11,968 bases of DNA, taken from NCBI GenBank assembly GCA_945921565.1, contig CAMEKY010000052.1, positions 1 to 11,968 of the forward strand. Direction: 5' to 3'. The notes beneath the pieces are model-generated. The model searched no databases, was not told the DNA's origin, and saw only the letters and a list, made by a program, of their open reading frames with translations. The translations under genes and the position numbers were made by a program. Shown here piece after piece: positions 1 to 6,946 of the stretch (positions within the stretch are counted from its first letter, which is position 1; every line of letters starts with the position of its first letter). Source of the DNA: an uncultured Clostridium sp. (GTDB lineage Bacteria; Bacillota_I; Bacilli_A; Acholeplasmatales; Anaeroplasmataceae).

Positions 1-206
1 TTTGCGGCTTTATAAACAAAATTATCCTCAACCTTAATTGTTGTATTATCTATTAGCTCTATACCCTCATCAATTTCTTCAAACGTTAATTCATCATAAA
101 GATTAATTGGAACCATTATAGTATTCATATCATGGTATCCATCCTCCCTTAAGGCACCAACCTCAAGACCAATATTAATCTTTGCATATGCTTTTTCTTT
201 AACCAT
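1..206 (-). CDS. ispE: 4-diphosphocytidyl-2-C-methyl-D-erythritol kinase IspE, N-terminal part only; the gene runs off the window start
   Basis: Hand translation of the reverse complement from the ATG at 206-204 gives MVKEKAYAKINIGLEVGALREDGYHDMNTIMVPINLYDELTFEEIDEGIELIDNTTIKVEDNFVYKAAK... This matches the GHMP-kinase IspE N-terminus (AKINL.L.V...R.DGYH...T.M..I.L.D pattern and the N.AY.AAK motif). The ORF is open to position 1. It is absent from the supplied track because it is truncated. Confidence 0.8.
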   Translation of the reverse strand, partial: MVKEKAYAKINIGLEVGALREDGYHDMNTIMVPINLYDELTFEEIDEGIELIDNTTIKVEDNFVYKAA

Positions 207-243
207 ATTTCCTACCAACTAAAATTGGATTTTCCTTTCTTAA

Positions 244-999
244 TTATCTAAGTATTCTCATCTTACCATAAGAATCAATTCCCGATATTCCATCATGACC
301 TGATAAAGAAAAGCTCCAAATTGATTCAAATGAAATTATCTTATTAAATGGCGTTGTGGAAGCCTTGACCGCCACAACAAGTGGATCTAGTGCATCTATA
401 TTTACTCTTTTTGGCGAGGATGCAGAATTTGCCCCGGCCGCAATTAACGCCTCAAAATTAGATTGACACGCTCCCGCAAAAATATATAACTCATCCTTAC
501 TGTATTCTTTTCTTAAAAGCCTAACACTATTATAAAATCCAGATGTTGATGTATAGTTCTTAATATCATTTATTCCTTCGTTATTATATGAATCATGACC
601 TGTTAGGACTACAATATCAACATTATACTCCTTTACAAGATTCATAATATGACGTTCTATTTCATCACTTTGAAGCAAAACACAAATTGCATATAGATTT
701 AGATTCTCATAAACTTCATTACATTTTTTTAAATACTCATAATCACTATCTATATGAAGAATTTTTCCTGTTAAATGGTTATGAACCATATTTACCTTTG
801 TAAAAAGATTAGTATGTCTCTTCTTAAATTGATTTTGATAGTATTTTAATTCTTTCTTATCAATATATATCAGATCATCAAGTGGCGCAGTAGCTACGAG
901 CCTAACATATACACCTCTAATAATTGCAACATCGTTAATTATTTTCTTGACCTCAAATAGCACATCTCCATGATATTTTTTTCTAATGACATAATCCAT
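244..999 (-). CDS. yabG: Sporulation-specific protease YabG
   Basis: 251 aa with the motifs DIVVLTGHDSY, IFAGACQSNFEALIAAGANSASSPKRVNIDALDP, which match the YabG peptidase family (ILVITGHD / FAGACQS / AGANF.SSP.RVNI.ALDP in B. subtilis YabG). It lies immediately downstream of ksgA as in Bacillus. RBS GGTGG sits upstream of the ATG at 999. Confidence 0.85.
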   Translation of the reverse strand: MDYVIRKKYHGDVLFEVKKIINDVAIIRGVYVRLVATAPLDDLIYIDKKELKYYQNQFKKRHTNLFTKVNMVHNHLTGKILHIDSDYEYLKKCNEVYENLNLYAICVLLQSDEIERHIMNLVKEYNVDIVVLTGHDSYNNEGINDIKNYTSTSGFYNSVRLLRKEYSKDELYIFAGACQSNFEALIAAGANSASSPKRVNIDALDPLVVAVKASTTPFNKIISFESIWSFSLSGHDGISGIDSYGKMRILR

Positions 1000-1027
1000 T
1001 TAACCACCACTCTATTATATTCAAAAA

Positions 1028-1894
1028 CTATTTAATAGACTTGGCAGATAACATATCACTAATGTGAACAAAATCTTCTACAGCTAATGCCTCAGAACGA
1101 ATTTCAAGTGGGATGCCTAATTCGTTTAGTACCTCAACTACATCTTCTTTACTGTAATTTGTTTGCTTAAGATTATTAACAAGCGTCTTTCTTCTTTGAC
1201 AGAATGCATCTCTAATTATCTTAAAAAAGAATTTCTCATCTTTTGCTTTATATGGTGGAGTATCAAATAATTCTAGACGTATAACTGCACTATCTACATT
1301 TGGCTTTGGAACAAAAATATTTCTTGAAATATCTAATACTCTTTTAGCACTTGCCCGATATTGAATACAAATAGAAAGTGCATTATAATCTTTAATGTTT
1401 TTAAGTGCACAGATACGGTCAGCTACCTCAGATTGCATCATCATTGTATATGTCTTTATTCTTTTAGTTTCTGATAACAACTTTAATATTATTGGAGTTG
1501 TGATATAGTAAGGTAAATTAGCAACTAAAGCTATCTCCTCCTCACCATTAAAATATTTATCTAAATACTCATCAATTTTTACGTCTAAAATGTCCTCATT
1601 AATTAAAGTAAAATTATCATATGACCCTAAATTATTATTTAATATTGGAATAAGATCCTTATCTATTTCAAAAGCCAAGACCTTTTTAGCACTCTTTAGC
1701 ATAAGCTCTGTTAGGCTTCCAAGTCCAGGCCCAATCTCGATTACACACGTATTTGGGGTTATTTTAGCTACATTTACTATACTAGTTAAAACGTTTTGAT
1801 CAATAATAAAATTTTGGCCAAACTTCTTTTTTATATTAAAATTATTATCTTGAATAATCTTTAACGTGTTATCTACACTTCCAATTTTATTCAC
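1028..1894 (-). CDS. rsmA: 16S rRNA (adenine1518-N6/adenine1519-N6)-dimethyltransferase RsmA/KsgA
   Basis: 288 aa carrying the KKKFGQNFIID (GQNFL) motif and the SAM-binding VIEIGPGLGSLTE motif. The start is GTG at 1894, preceded by an in-frame TGA and a GGTGA RBS. It overlaps the rnmV stop by 8 nt. Confidence 0.95.
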   Translation of the reverse strand: MNKIGSVDNTLKIIQDNNFNIKKKFGQNFIIDQNVLTSIVNVAKITPNTCVIEIGPGLGSLTELMLKSAKKVLAFEIDKDLIPILNNNLGSYDNFTLINEDILDVKIDEYLDKYFNGEEEIALVANLPYYITTPIILKLLSETKRIKTYTMMMQSEVADRICALKNIKDYNALSICIQYRASAKRVLDISRNIFVPKPNVDSAVIRLELFDTPPYKAKDEKFFFKIIRDAFCQRRKTLVNNLKQTNYSKEDVVEVLNELGIPLEIRSEALAVEDFVHISDMLSAKSIK

Positions 1895-2432
1895 TCACTT
1901 CACCAACCATTTCATTTAGATCATGTAAGCTAATACCTAGCATTTTTATTCTCGCCAAAAATGTCTTAGCATTTGGTGCACCAATATTTAGCTTTGATGA
2001 TATTATATCTCTTTTTTGCTTAGAACCTGGCTTACCATTTAAACCAAGCTCAAAAATATCCTTCATAGTAATATTCGATTCTTCATTACTTAAGTCATTT
2101 AATAAAGGATATAAGGAATTATATATTTCTTCGTCGGTTGCATGCTCAACTCCAACCTTTCTTTTGTTTTTACTAATACATAAATCCTTTTTGATAAACG
2201 CATCTTTTGCATTTGGAACTATTTCATGAATTTTAGCTCTAATTCTTTCTCCTGGATAGTCAGGATCTGTAAATATTATTATTTCATTGTCTGCTGCAAG
2301 CTTCTTTAGCATCGATTTAGTTTCATCTAATATCTCAGAGCCGTTTGTAATTAAGCAGTTTACATTCTTAAATACTCTCTTAACTGTCTGCACATCATGT
2401 GCACCCTCTACAACAACTATTTTATTTGACAT
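1887..2432 (-). CDS. rnmV: Ribonuclease M5 (Toprim domain, 5S rRNA maturase)
   Basis: 181 aa beginning IVVVEGAHDVQTV, with later IIFTDPDYPGERIR (Toprim acidic motifs). It has the conserved position directly upstream of ksgA. It overlaps the upstream HD gene by 16 nt. Confidence 0.85.
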   Translation of the reverse strand: MSNKIVVVEGAHDVQTVKRVFKNVNCLITNGSEILDETKSMLKKLAADNEIIIFTDPDYPGERIRAKIHEIVPNAKDAFIKKDLCISKNKRKVGVEHATDEEIYNSLYPLLNDLSNEESNITMKDIFELGLNGKPGSKQKRDIISSKLNIGAPNAKTFLARIKMLGISLHDLNEMVGEVSE

Positions 2433-3649
2433 AATGGCTCCTTGTAAAACACTCTTATACTCGTTTTTTTAGCACTATCAATTAAACCCTTAACTATAGG
2501 TGAATAGTCCTCAAGTGAAACTATTTGTCCATCTGGTTTTAATATTTTTATATCATTTATATCTGCTGTATCTCCTTTAGCATGTAAATATGCCTTTTGT
2601 GATACCTCAGTTTGAATATAATAATATGACAAATATTCTTTTTCAATGCTTTCTTTAATACTTTCTAAATATTTAAAATCGTCATCAGAGTCAATTTCCA
2701 TATGTTTATATAGGCTTCTTTTCTCAAAGGACAATGCTAAATCCTTTAGTACTTTATCAGAAGATGATGTAAGCTGCTTAATCATACCATTAACATATGA
2801 ATCATCTAAAAGTACATAGCTATTTAAATCATCTGGATTGTTTATTACATTGATTAAAGCATCTGCGTTAACGTCTATTTTTTGATTTGACTTTGCTAAA
2901 TCATAAATTCGTTTATAAATTGACATTAATAAAAGCTCATATGACCTAGCTGTTGGGTGATAATATACCTGCCAATACATATGATATCTTGCCATTATAT
3001 AGGATTCAACTGAATTTACCCCTGAAGCTCTTAATAATAGCTTATCATCCTTAACTAGCATAGATCTAATTATTCTTCTAAAATCAATATTTCCGTATGA
3101 AGCTCCAGTAAAATATGCGTCTCTTGATAAATAATCCATTCTATCAACATCAAGCTGGGATGATATTAAAGACTCAATCAATTTAAACTTTCCTTTATGC
3201 GAAATAACAGATGCAACATCTTCTGCTAAGTTTTCATATTCACTTAAGACATGATTAATCTCTGTATCACCTAAAATAAGCTTAACAGTCATTTCCTCAT
3301 GTGACACCTTCATTACATGCTCAAACGCATGAGAATAAGGGCCATGTCCAATATCATGTAATAATGCTGAAATTAAAAATACAAGTTGCTCATATTCACT
3401 TAAAGAAGTTGAAAGTCCATCTACTCCCTCTAAGGCTAAATTGCATAGTTCATATGCTCCCAAGCTATGAGTAAAGCGAGAATGCTCAGCAGTTTGAAAC
3501 ACCATTGAAACTCCAGCCAACTGACGTATTCTTCTTAGGCGTTGAAATTCGTATGTATCAATTAGTTTTAATATTATTTCATAATTTACCCTAATATATC
3601 CGTATATTGGGTCTCTAAATACCTTTGTTCTTTCTAATCTTTTAAACAT
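2417..3649 (-). CDS. HD-domain dNTP triphosphohydrolase-like protein (SAMHD1/EF1143/dGTPase family)
   Basis: About 410 aa with RFTHSLGAYELC and LLHDIGHGPYSHAFEH, the paired H..HD..D metal-binding motifs typical of dGTPase/SAMHD1-like HD phosphohydrolases. The track ORF starts at 3661 (MCVIM...). The second ATG at 3649 (MFKRLER...) has better AAGGA spacing, so I prefer 3649. The true start is uncertain within 12 nt. Confidence 0.8.
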   Translation of the reverse strand: MFKRLERTKVFRDPIYGYIRVNYEIILKLIDTYEFQRLRRIRQLAGVSMVFQTAEHSRFTHSLGAYELCNLALEGVDGLSTSLSEYEQLVFLISALLHDIGHGPYSHAFEHVMKVSHEEMTVKLILGDTEINHVLSEYENLAEDVASVISHKGKFKLIESLISSQLDVDRMDYLSRDAYFTGASYGNIDFRRIIRSMLVKDDKLLLRASGVNSVESYIMARYHMYWQVYYHPTARSYELLLMSIYKRIYDLAKSNQKIDVNADALINVINNPDDLNSYVLLDDSYVNGMIKQLTSSSDKVLKDLALSFEKRSLYKHMEIDSDDDFKYLESIKESIEKEYLSYYYIQTEVSQKAYLHAKGDTADINDIKILKPDGQIVSLEDYSPIVKGLIDSAKKTSIRVFYKEPLCQIK

Positions 3650-3671
3650 TATTACACACATCCTTAAATTT

Positions 3672-3677
3672 ATTATA
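3672..3677 (-). promoter_or_regulatory. Candidate -10 (TATAAT on the minus strand, preceded by TG) for the HD-dNTPase/rnmV/ksgA/yabG/ispE transcription unit
   Basis: Minus-strand sequence ...aaaatgatgTATAATaaatttAAGGAtgtgtgtaataATG. There is no clear -35, and it lies downstream of the terminator at 3698-3740. Confidence 0.25.
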
Positions 3678-3697
3678 CATCATTTTAAGCTATAATT

Positions 3698-3740
3698 AAA
3701 AGAAAAAGCTATGAATACAAATTCATGCTTCATAGTTTTT
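3698..3740 (-). terminator. Rho-independent terminator for the membrane-protein gene; hairpin flanked by A-run and T-run, possibly bidirectional
   Basis: Plus strand: aaagaaaaaG-CTATGAA(3709-3715)-tacaaattcatgc-TTCATAG(3729-3735)-ttttt. The minus-strand RNA has the same stem followed by UUUUUCUUUU. An alternative inner hairpin is ATGAAT/ATTCAT with loop acaa. Confidence 0.5.
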
Positions 3741-3745
3741 ATCGT

Positions 3746-4570
3746 CTATTCATTTTGGGATGATTCTTCTTTTAAAGAATCATCTTCTATATTACAATTA
3801 TTAGCTTCACTTAACACTTGAGTTTCTTCATTTGCCGGGTTATTTTTAGGCTGAATTTTTTTAAATTCACAAGCAACATCATCAATATTAAATGAGGATT
3901 TAATAAATGATTGCTTACGAAGCTTAACATCAATTATTGATAATCCGCAAAATAGCAATGCTCCACCAAGTCCTTCTATAATATCACTCATCGTGTCAAT
4001 TAAAGCTTTTCTTCCAATGAAAGGCTCTCCAGTTATAGAATCATTAAATCTTTGCATATTTGATCCAAAAATGCCATCAATAGTAAACTCTACTACCTCC
4101 CAGATTAAACAACCACACATTGAGAAACAAAAACAAAATAAAATAATAAATGCTGGCGATAATTTTACATCAATATTCTTCTTTTCATTCAAAAAATAAA
4201 CAGTCATAAAGCCTAAGCTTGCAATAAATGAGCCTGAGAATGTATGAAGTACATCATCCCACCAACTGAATTTTACATAAAAATCAAATATTTCTCCACC
4301 TAAAATAGATGCAGTTACAAATAGCAAATAAATTAGATTAATAGTAAAAGGAATTCTAATATGAAATGCCTTATCTAAAATGGTAGGCACATATGTTAAT
4401 CCAAACAATATTAAGGCTTGTAGTATGTATGTTACATAATTAGAATATGGAACTTCTGGATCTTTATGTCTAATAAGCCCTATTATTGCAAAAACAATAA
4501 GGGCGATACAAACTCCTCTGATTGTCCAGTATAAAATTAATTTTACCTTTTTATTCTTTTCGTTGTTCAT
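3746..4570 (-). CDS. Polytopic integral membrane protein of unknown function with an acidic/polar C-terminal tail
   Basis: 274 aa with about six hydrophobic segments (ILYWTIRGVCIALIVFAIIGLI, YILQALILFGLTYVPTIL, INLIYLLFVTASILGG, LHTFSGSFIASLGFMTVYFL, AFIILFCFCFSMCGCLIW, GLGGALLFCGLSII). Conserved-looking polar motifs SWWDDVLHTF and EVVEFTIDGIFG. The C-terminus ...NNPANEETQVLSEANNCNIEDDSLKEESSQNE is low-complexity and acidic. I cannot assign a family. Confidence 0.6.
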   Translation of the reverse strand: MNNEKNKKVKLILYWTIRGVCIALIVFAIIGLIRHKDPEVPYSNYVTYILQALILFGLTYVPTILDKAFHIRIPFTINLIYLLFVTASILGGEIFDFYVKFSWWDDVLHTFSGSFIASLGFMTVYFLNEKKNIDVKLSPAFIILFCFCFSMCGCLIWEVVEFTIDGIFGSNMQRFNDSITGEPFIGRKALIDTMSDIIEGLGGALLFCGLSIIDVKLRKQSFIKSSFNIDDVACEFKKIQPKNNPANEETQVLSEANNCNIEDDSLKEESSQNE

Positions 4571-4603
4571 AGATACCTCCTTATATATTATGAATATATA
4601 ATA

Positions 4604-4641
4604 TCATATTTTGACAAATTTGCGTATGAAATATTTAAAAT
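4604..4641 (+). promoter_or_regulatory. Candidate promoter region in the divergent intergenic spacer (perfect TTGACA -35 at 4611-4616, A/T-rich -10 candidates downstream); could serve cwlJ-gerQ
   Basis: tCATATT-ttgacaaatttgcg-TATGAAAT loosely resembles the sigma-E arrangement (ATATT-N14-CATACAnT). Alternatively TTGACA-N17-TTTAAA/TAAAAT is sigma-A-like. The centre TTGACAA/TTGTCAA is near-palindromic, so it also offers a -35-like hexamer to the divergent membrane-protein gene. Confidence 0.25.
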
Positions 4642-4756
4642 ATATTTATTTAATTCATCTATATTATTGTACCTAATTATTCATTTATATATATTATTTT
4701 TTCCATTAAACATTAATAATTCTAATAATTATTTCATATAAATTATTGGTGATTAA

Positions 4757-5176
4757 ATGGCTGTAGTAAAATATAACGATAGTGAGGTTGCACTTCTTGC
4801 GCGTCTTATGAGGGCTGAGGCGGAGGGAGAAGGAAAAAAAGGAATGTTGCTGGTTGGAAATGTTGGTATTAATAGAGTAAGAGGTCGCTGTTTAGATTTT
4901 AAAGATATTAACACAATTACTAAGATGGTTTACCAATCTCCTGGAGGATTTGAAGCGACTACTAAAAGCTATTTTAATCAACGTGCACGCGAGGTTGATA
5001 AGAAGCTTGCATTAAGATGCATTAATGGAGAAAGGTTTGTACCTGCAACTACTGCATTATGGTTTTATAATCCGTTTGGTCAATCATGTAAAGCATCGTG
5101 GTTTGGACAATGGAATAGTGGAAAATACAAAAACCATTGTTTCTATCAGCCTCTAGAAAGTGAAAATTGTTATTAG
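4757..5176 (+). CDS. cwlJ: Cell wall hydrolase CwlJ/SleB-family (Hydrolase_2) germination cortex-lytic enzyme, CwlJ-sized
   Basis: 139 aa reading ALLARLMRAEAEGEGKKGMLLVGNVGINRV...YQSPGGFEA...ALWFYNP, the SleB/CwlJ catalytic-domain signature. It has no signal peptide or PG-binding domain (like CwlJ, unlike SleB). RBS GGTGA precedes it. It is followed directly by a gerQ-like gene, as in the B. subtilis cwlJ-gerQ operon. Confidence 0.8.
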   Translation: MAVVKYNDSEVALLARLMRAEAEGEGKKGMLLVGNVGINRVRGRCLDFKDINTITKMVYQSPGGFEATTKSYFNQRAREVDKKLALRCINGERFVPATTALWFYNPFGQSCKASWFGQWNSGKYKNHCFYQPLESENCY

Positions 5177-5190
5177 AAAGGACTAAAAAG

Positions 5191-5547
5191 ATGAATTATT
5201 GTAATTATCCGCAGTATCCATTCTATATGGGACCTATGTATGGAATGCAGTACCCAGGGTATCCACAATTTCAAAATAATGTCGATACTCAAGAGGAATC
5301 TTATATTGAGAATATTTTAAGATTAAATTTAGGGAAAACAGTTTCTGTTTATATGAACTTTGAAGGTGCACAGTGGGGATCTAAAATATTCAAGGGCACA
5401 CTTGAAGCGGCAGGGAAGGACCATATTATTATTTCAGATAGAGAAACTAATATGAGATATCTTCTTCTTTCAATTTATTTGGACTACATTACATTTGATG
5501 AAGAAATAAATTACTATTATCCATATCAAAATACCCCAAATAAATAA
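5191..5547 (+). CDS. gerQ: Spore coat protein GerQ (YwdL family)
   Basis: The C-terminal domain GKTVSVYMNFEGAQWGSKIFKGTLEAAGKDHIIISDRETNMRYLLLSIYLDYITFDEEINY matches the GerQ/YwdL signature (..GRDHIIISDP.TG.RYLL....LDY..FDEEI). The N-terminal region is a Tyr/Pro/Gln-rich low-complexity segment. The ATG at 5191 is preceded by AAAGGA. The track ORF begins at an upstream TTG (5167) overlapping cwlJ, which I consider less likely. Confidence 0.7.
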   Translation: MNYCNYPQYPFYMGPMYGMQYPGYPQFQNNVDTQEESYIENILRLNLGKTVSVYMNFEGAQWGSKIFKGTLEAAGKDHIIISDRETNMRYLLLSIYLDYITFDEEINYYYPYQNTPNK

Positions 5548-5551
5548 AATG

Positions 5552-5560
5552 TGTTATAAT
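5552..5560 (+). promoter_or_regulatory. Extended -10 promoter element TGtTATAAT upstream of the HIT gene
   Basis: aaaTGTGTTATAATtgaag lies 26 nt upstream of the AGGAGGT RBS and the ATG at 5586. No obvious -35, which is typical for extended -10 promoters. Confidence 0.35.
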
Positions 5561-5585
5561 TGAAGTAATTTAGGAGGTACATTTT

Positions 5586-5996
5586 ATGGGTTGTATATTT
5601 TGTATGATTAAGGATGGTCAAATACCAAGTGCTAAGGTTTATGAAAATGAGTATGTTATGGCTTTTTTAGAGTTATCGCAAGCTAATGTGGGTCACACTC
5701 TTGTTATTCCTAAAGTACATGCTGATACTTTGCTAAATCTTGATGATAAGAATTATTGTGAGGTTATGAAGGCGGTAAAAAAATTGGCCAATGTTATCTT
5801 AAAAGTAACTAACGCAGATGGAATTAACATTGTAAATAATTCTTATGAGGCTGCTGGTCAAACTGTAATGCATGCTCATGTTCATATTATACCAAGATTT
5901 AAGAATGATAATATTAGGTTTGAATTTCCAAATAATGAAGGAAAGTATAATTTAGAGGAAGTTGCAAATACTATCAAAGCGCAAATTAATGAATAA
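5586..5996 (+). CDS. hit: HIT-family (histidine triad) nucleotide hydrolase
   Basis: 136 aa carrying the histidine triad HAHVHIIPR, and N-terminal CIFCMIKDGQIPSAKVYENEYVMAFLELSQANVGHTLVIPK like Hit/HinT. A strong RBS AGGAGGT sits 8 nt upstream. Confidence 0.9.
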   Translation: MGCIFCMIKDGQIPSAKVYENEYVMAFLELSQANVGHTLVIPKVHADTLLNLDDKNYCEVMKAVKKLANVILKVTNADGINIVNNSYEAAGQTVMHAHVHIIPRFKNDNIRFEFPNNEGKYNLEEVANTIKAQINE

Positions 5997-6005
5997 TAAA
6001 AAGAA

Positions 6006-6035
6006 TGTTTTACCAAATCGGTAAAACACTTTTTT
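6006..6035. terminator. Bidirectional rho-independent terminator between the convergent hit and CysK-family genes
   Basis: TGTTTTACC(6006-6014)-aaatc-GGTAAAACA(6020-6028) forms a 9-bp stem. TTTTTT (6030-6035) follows on the plus strand. On the minus strand it is followed by AUUCUUUUUAUUAUU. Confidence 0.7.
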
Positions 6036-6049
6036 ATTTATACTTAAAG

Positions 6050-6946
6050 TTAAATTACTTCAAAATCGATTAATTCAATAGAATCTACCAATTCTGATTT
6101 TAATGTATCATCACATAACTCAGTTGATAAATATTTTTTGTTGTCATCAGAAAATACAGATACTATATTATTCTCACCCGATAAGACACAGCCTAAAAAA
6201 TTAGCTCCGGATGATATTCCAACACCTAAGGATAGCTCTTTACATAGCTTTTGAGCCATTACAATTGAATCAACATCATCAACTCTAATTATATCTTTAA
6301 TTAGGCTTGGATTGTATAATTTAGGAATTAAATCATCTGATAGACCTTGAATCTTATGAGGGCCATTAGAATTATATTTTTCTTTGAGATAGCCTCCACG
6401 CCCAGTAAGTGTACCAGATGTCCCTACTCCTGCGATAAATGCAGGTACTTCATTGAGTTTACTAGCAATTTCCTTGGCAGTTGTTTCATAATGTGCAAGC
6501 GCATTATACTCATTTTCAAATTGATGAGGGATAAAATATCCTTCTGCTTCAAACCTATTAGCAAGATCAAAAGCCTCCTTAAAATCATTAGTTAATATAA
6601 CATTTGCACCATAGCTTTTGATAATCTTTATTCTTTCTTCTGACATTGTTTTAGGAATACAGATTGTAACACTATTACCCAAATAATGGCCAAGTGCTGC
6701 AAAGGAAATACCCATATTACCACTTGAGACCTCACAAATTTTAGTATCCTCTTTAATTAATCCTTTTTCATATGAATGAAGCAATATATAATATGCAACT
6801 CGATCCTTTATTGACCCTGTTAAATTATACCATTCAGCCTTCATATAAGCACATCTATAGATATCCTTGTATTTATAATTAATTTTTAATAATGGCGTAT
6901 TTCCTATTAGTTTGTTTAAATTAAGTAATTTCTCTTTATAATTCAT
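6050..6946 (-). CDS. PLP-dependent cysteine synthase (CysK/CysM) family enzyme, divergent
   Basis: 298 aa with LIGNTPLLKIN, the PLP-lysine motif GSIKDR, EVSSGNMGISFAALG (canonical xSGNTGIGLA), the glycine loop GVGTSGTLTGRGGYLK, and C-terminal YLSTELC. RBS GAAGGTGGAG precedes it. Confidence 0.85.
   Translation of the reverse strand: MNYKEKLLNLNKLIGNTPLLKINYKYKDIYRCAYMKAEWYNLTGSIKDRVAYYILLHSYEKGLIKEDTKICEVSSGNMGISFAALGHYLGNSVTICIPKTMSEERIKIIKSYGANVILTNDFKEAFDLANRFEAEGYFIPHQFENEYNALAHYETTAKEIASKLNEVPAFIAGVGTSGTLTGRGGYLKEKYNSNGPHKIQGLSDDLIPKLYNPSLIKDIIRVDDVDSIVMAQKLCKELSLGVGISSGANFLGCVLSGENNIVSVFSDDNKKYLSTELCDDTLKSELVDSIELIDFEVI

Noticed and set aside
1590-1799. 69-aa plus-strand ORF antisense to ksgA
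   Set aside because: It lies entirely inside the well-supported rsmA/ksgA coding sequence on the opposite strand. It has no RBS, and its hydrophobic low-complexity translation is typical of AT-rich antisense frames.
2287-2472. 61-aa plus-strand ORF spanning the rnmV/HD-gene junction
   Set aside because: It is antisense to two overlapping, motif-supported genes. It has no RBS and no recognisable features.
3649-3661. Upstream ATG (MCVIM...) as the start of the HD-dNTPase gene
   Set aside because: The AAGGA Shine-Dalgarno overlaps this first ATG (AAGGATG), leaving no spacer. The second ATG 12 nt downstream has a plausible 11-nt spacing, so the first is probably not used. It is retained as an alternative.
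3993-4199. 68-aa plus-strand ORF inside the membrane-protein gene
   Set aside because: It is an antisense shadow ORF within a convincing minus-strand membrane-protein CDS, with no translation signals.
4735-4743. CATATAAAT just upstream of cwlJ as a sigma-K/sigma-E -10 element
   Set aside because: It is only 14 nt from the ATG, so the transcription start would fall inside or after the GGTGA ribosome-binding site. It is also an imperfect match to CATAnnnTA / CATACAnT.
5167-5190. TTG start for gerQ overlapping the end of cwlJ
   Set aside because: An in-frame ATG at 5191 has a good AAAGGA RBS at appropriate spacing. The TTG at 5167 has none and would add MLLERTKK, which is not part of the GerQ family N-terminus.
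5275-5295. Spo0A-box-like TGTCGAT within gerQ
   Set aside because: It is a single-mismatch 0A-box half-site inside coding sequence. One hit is expected by chance at this base composition.
6347-6595. 82-aa plus-strand ORF antisense to the CysK-family gene
   Set aside because: It is fully embedded in a motif-verified PLP-enzyme gene and has no RBS.
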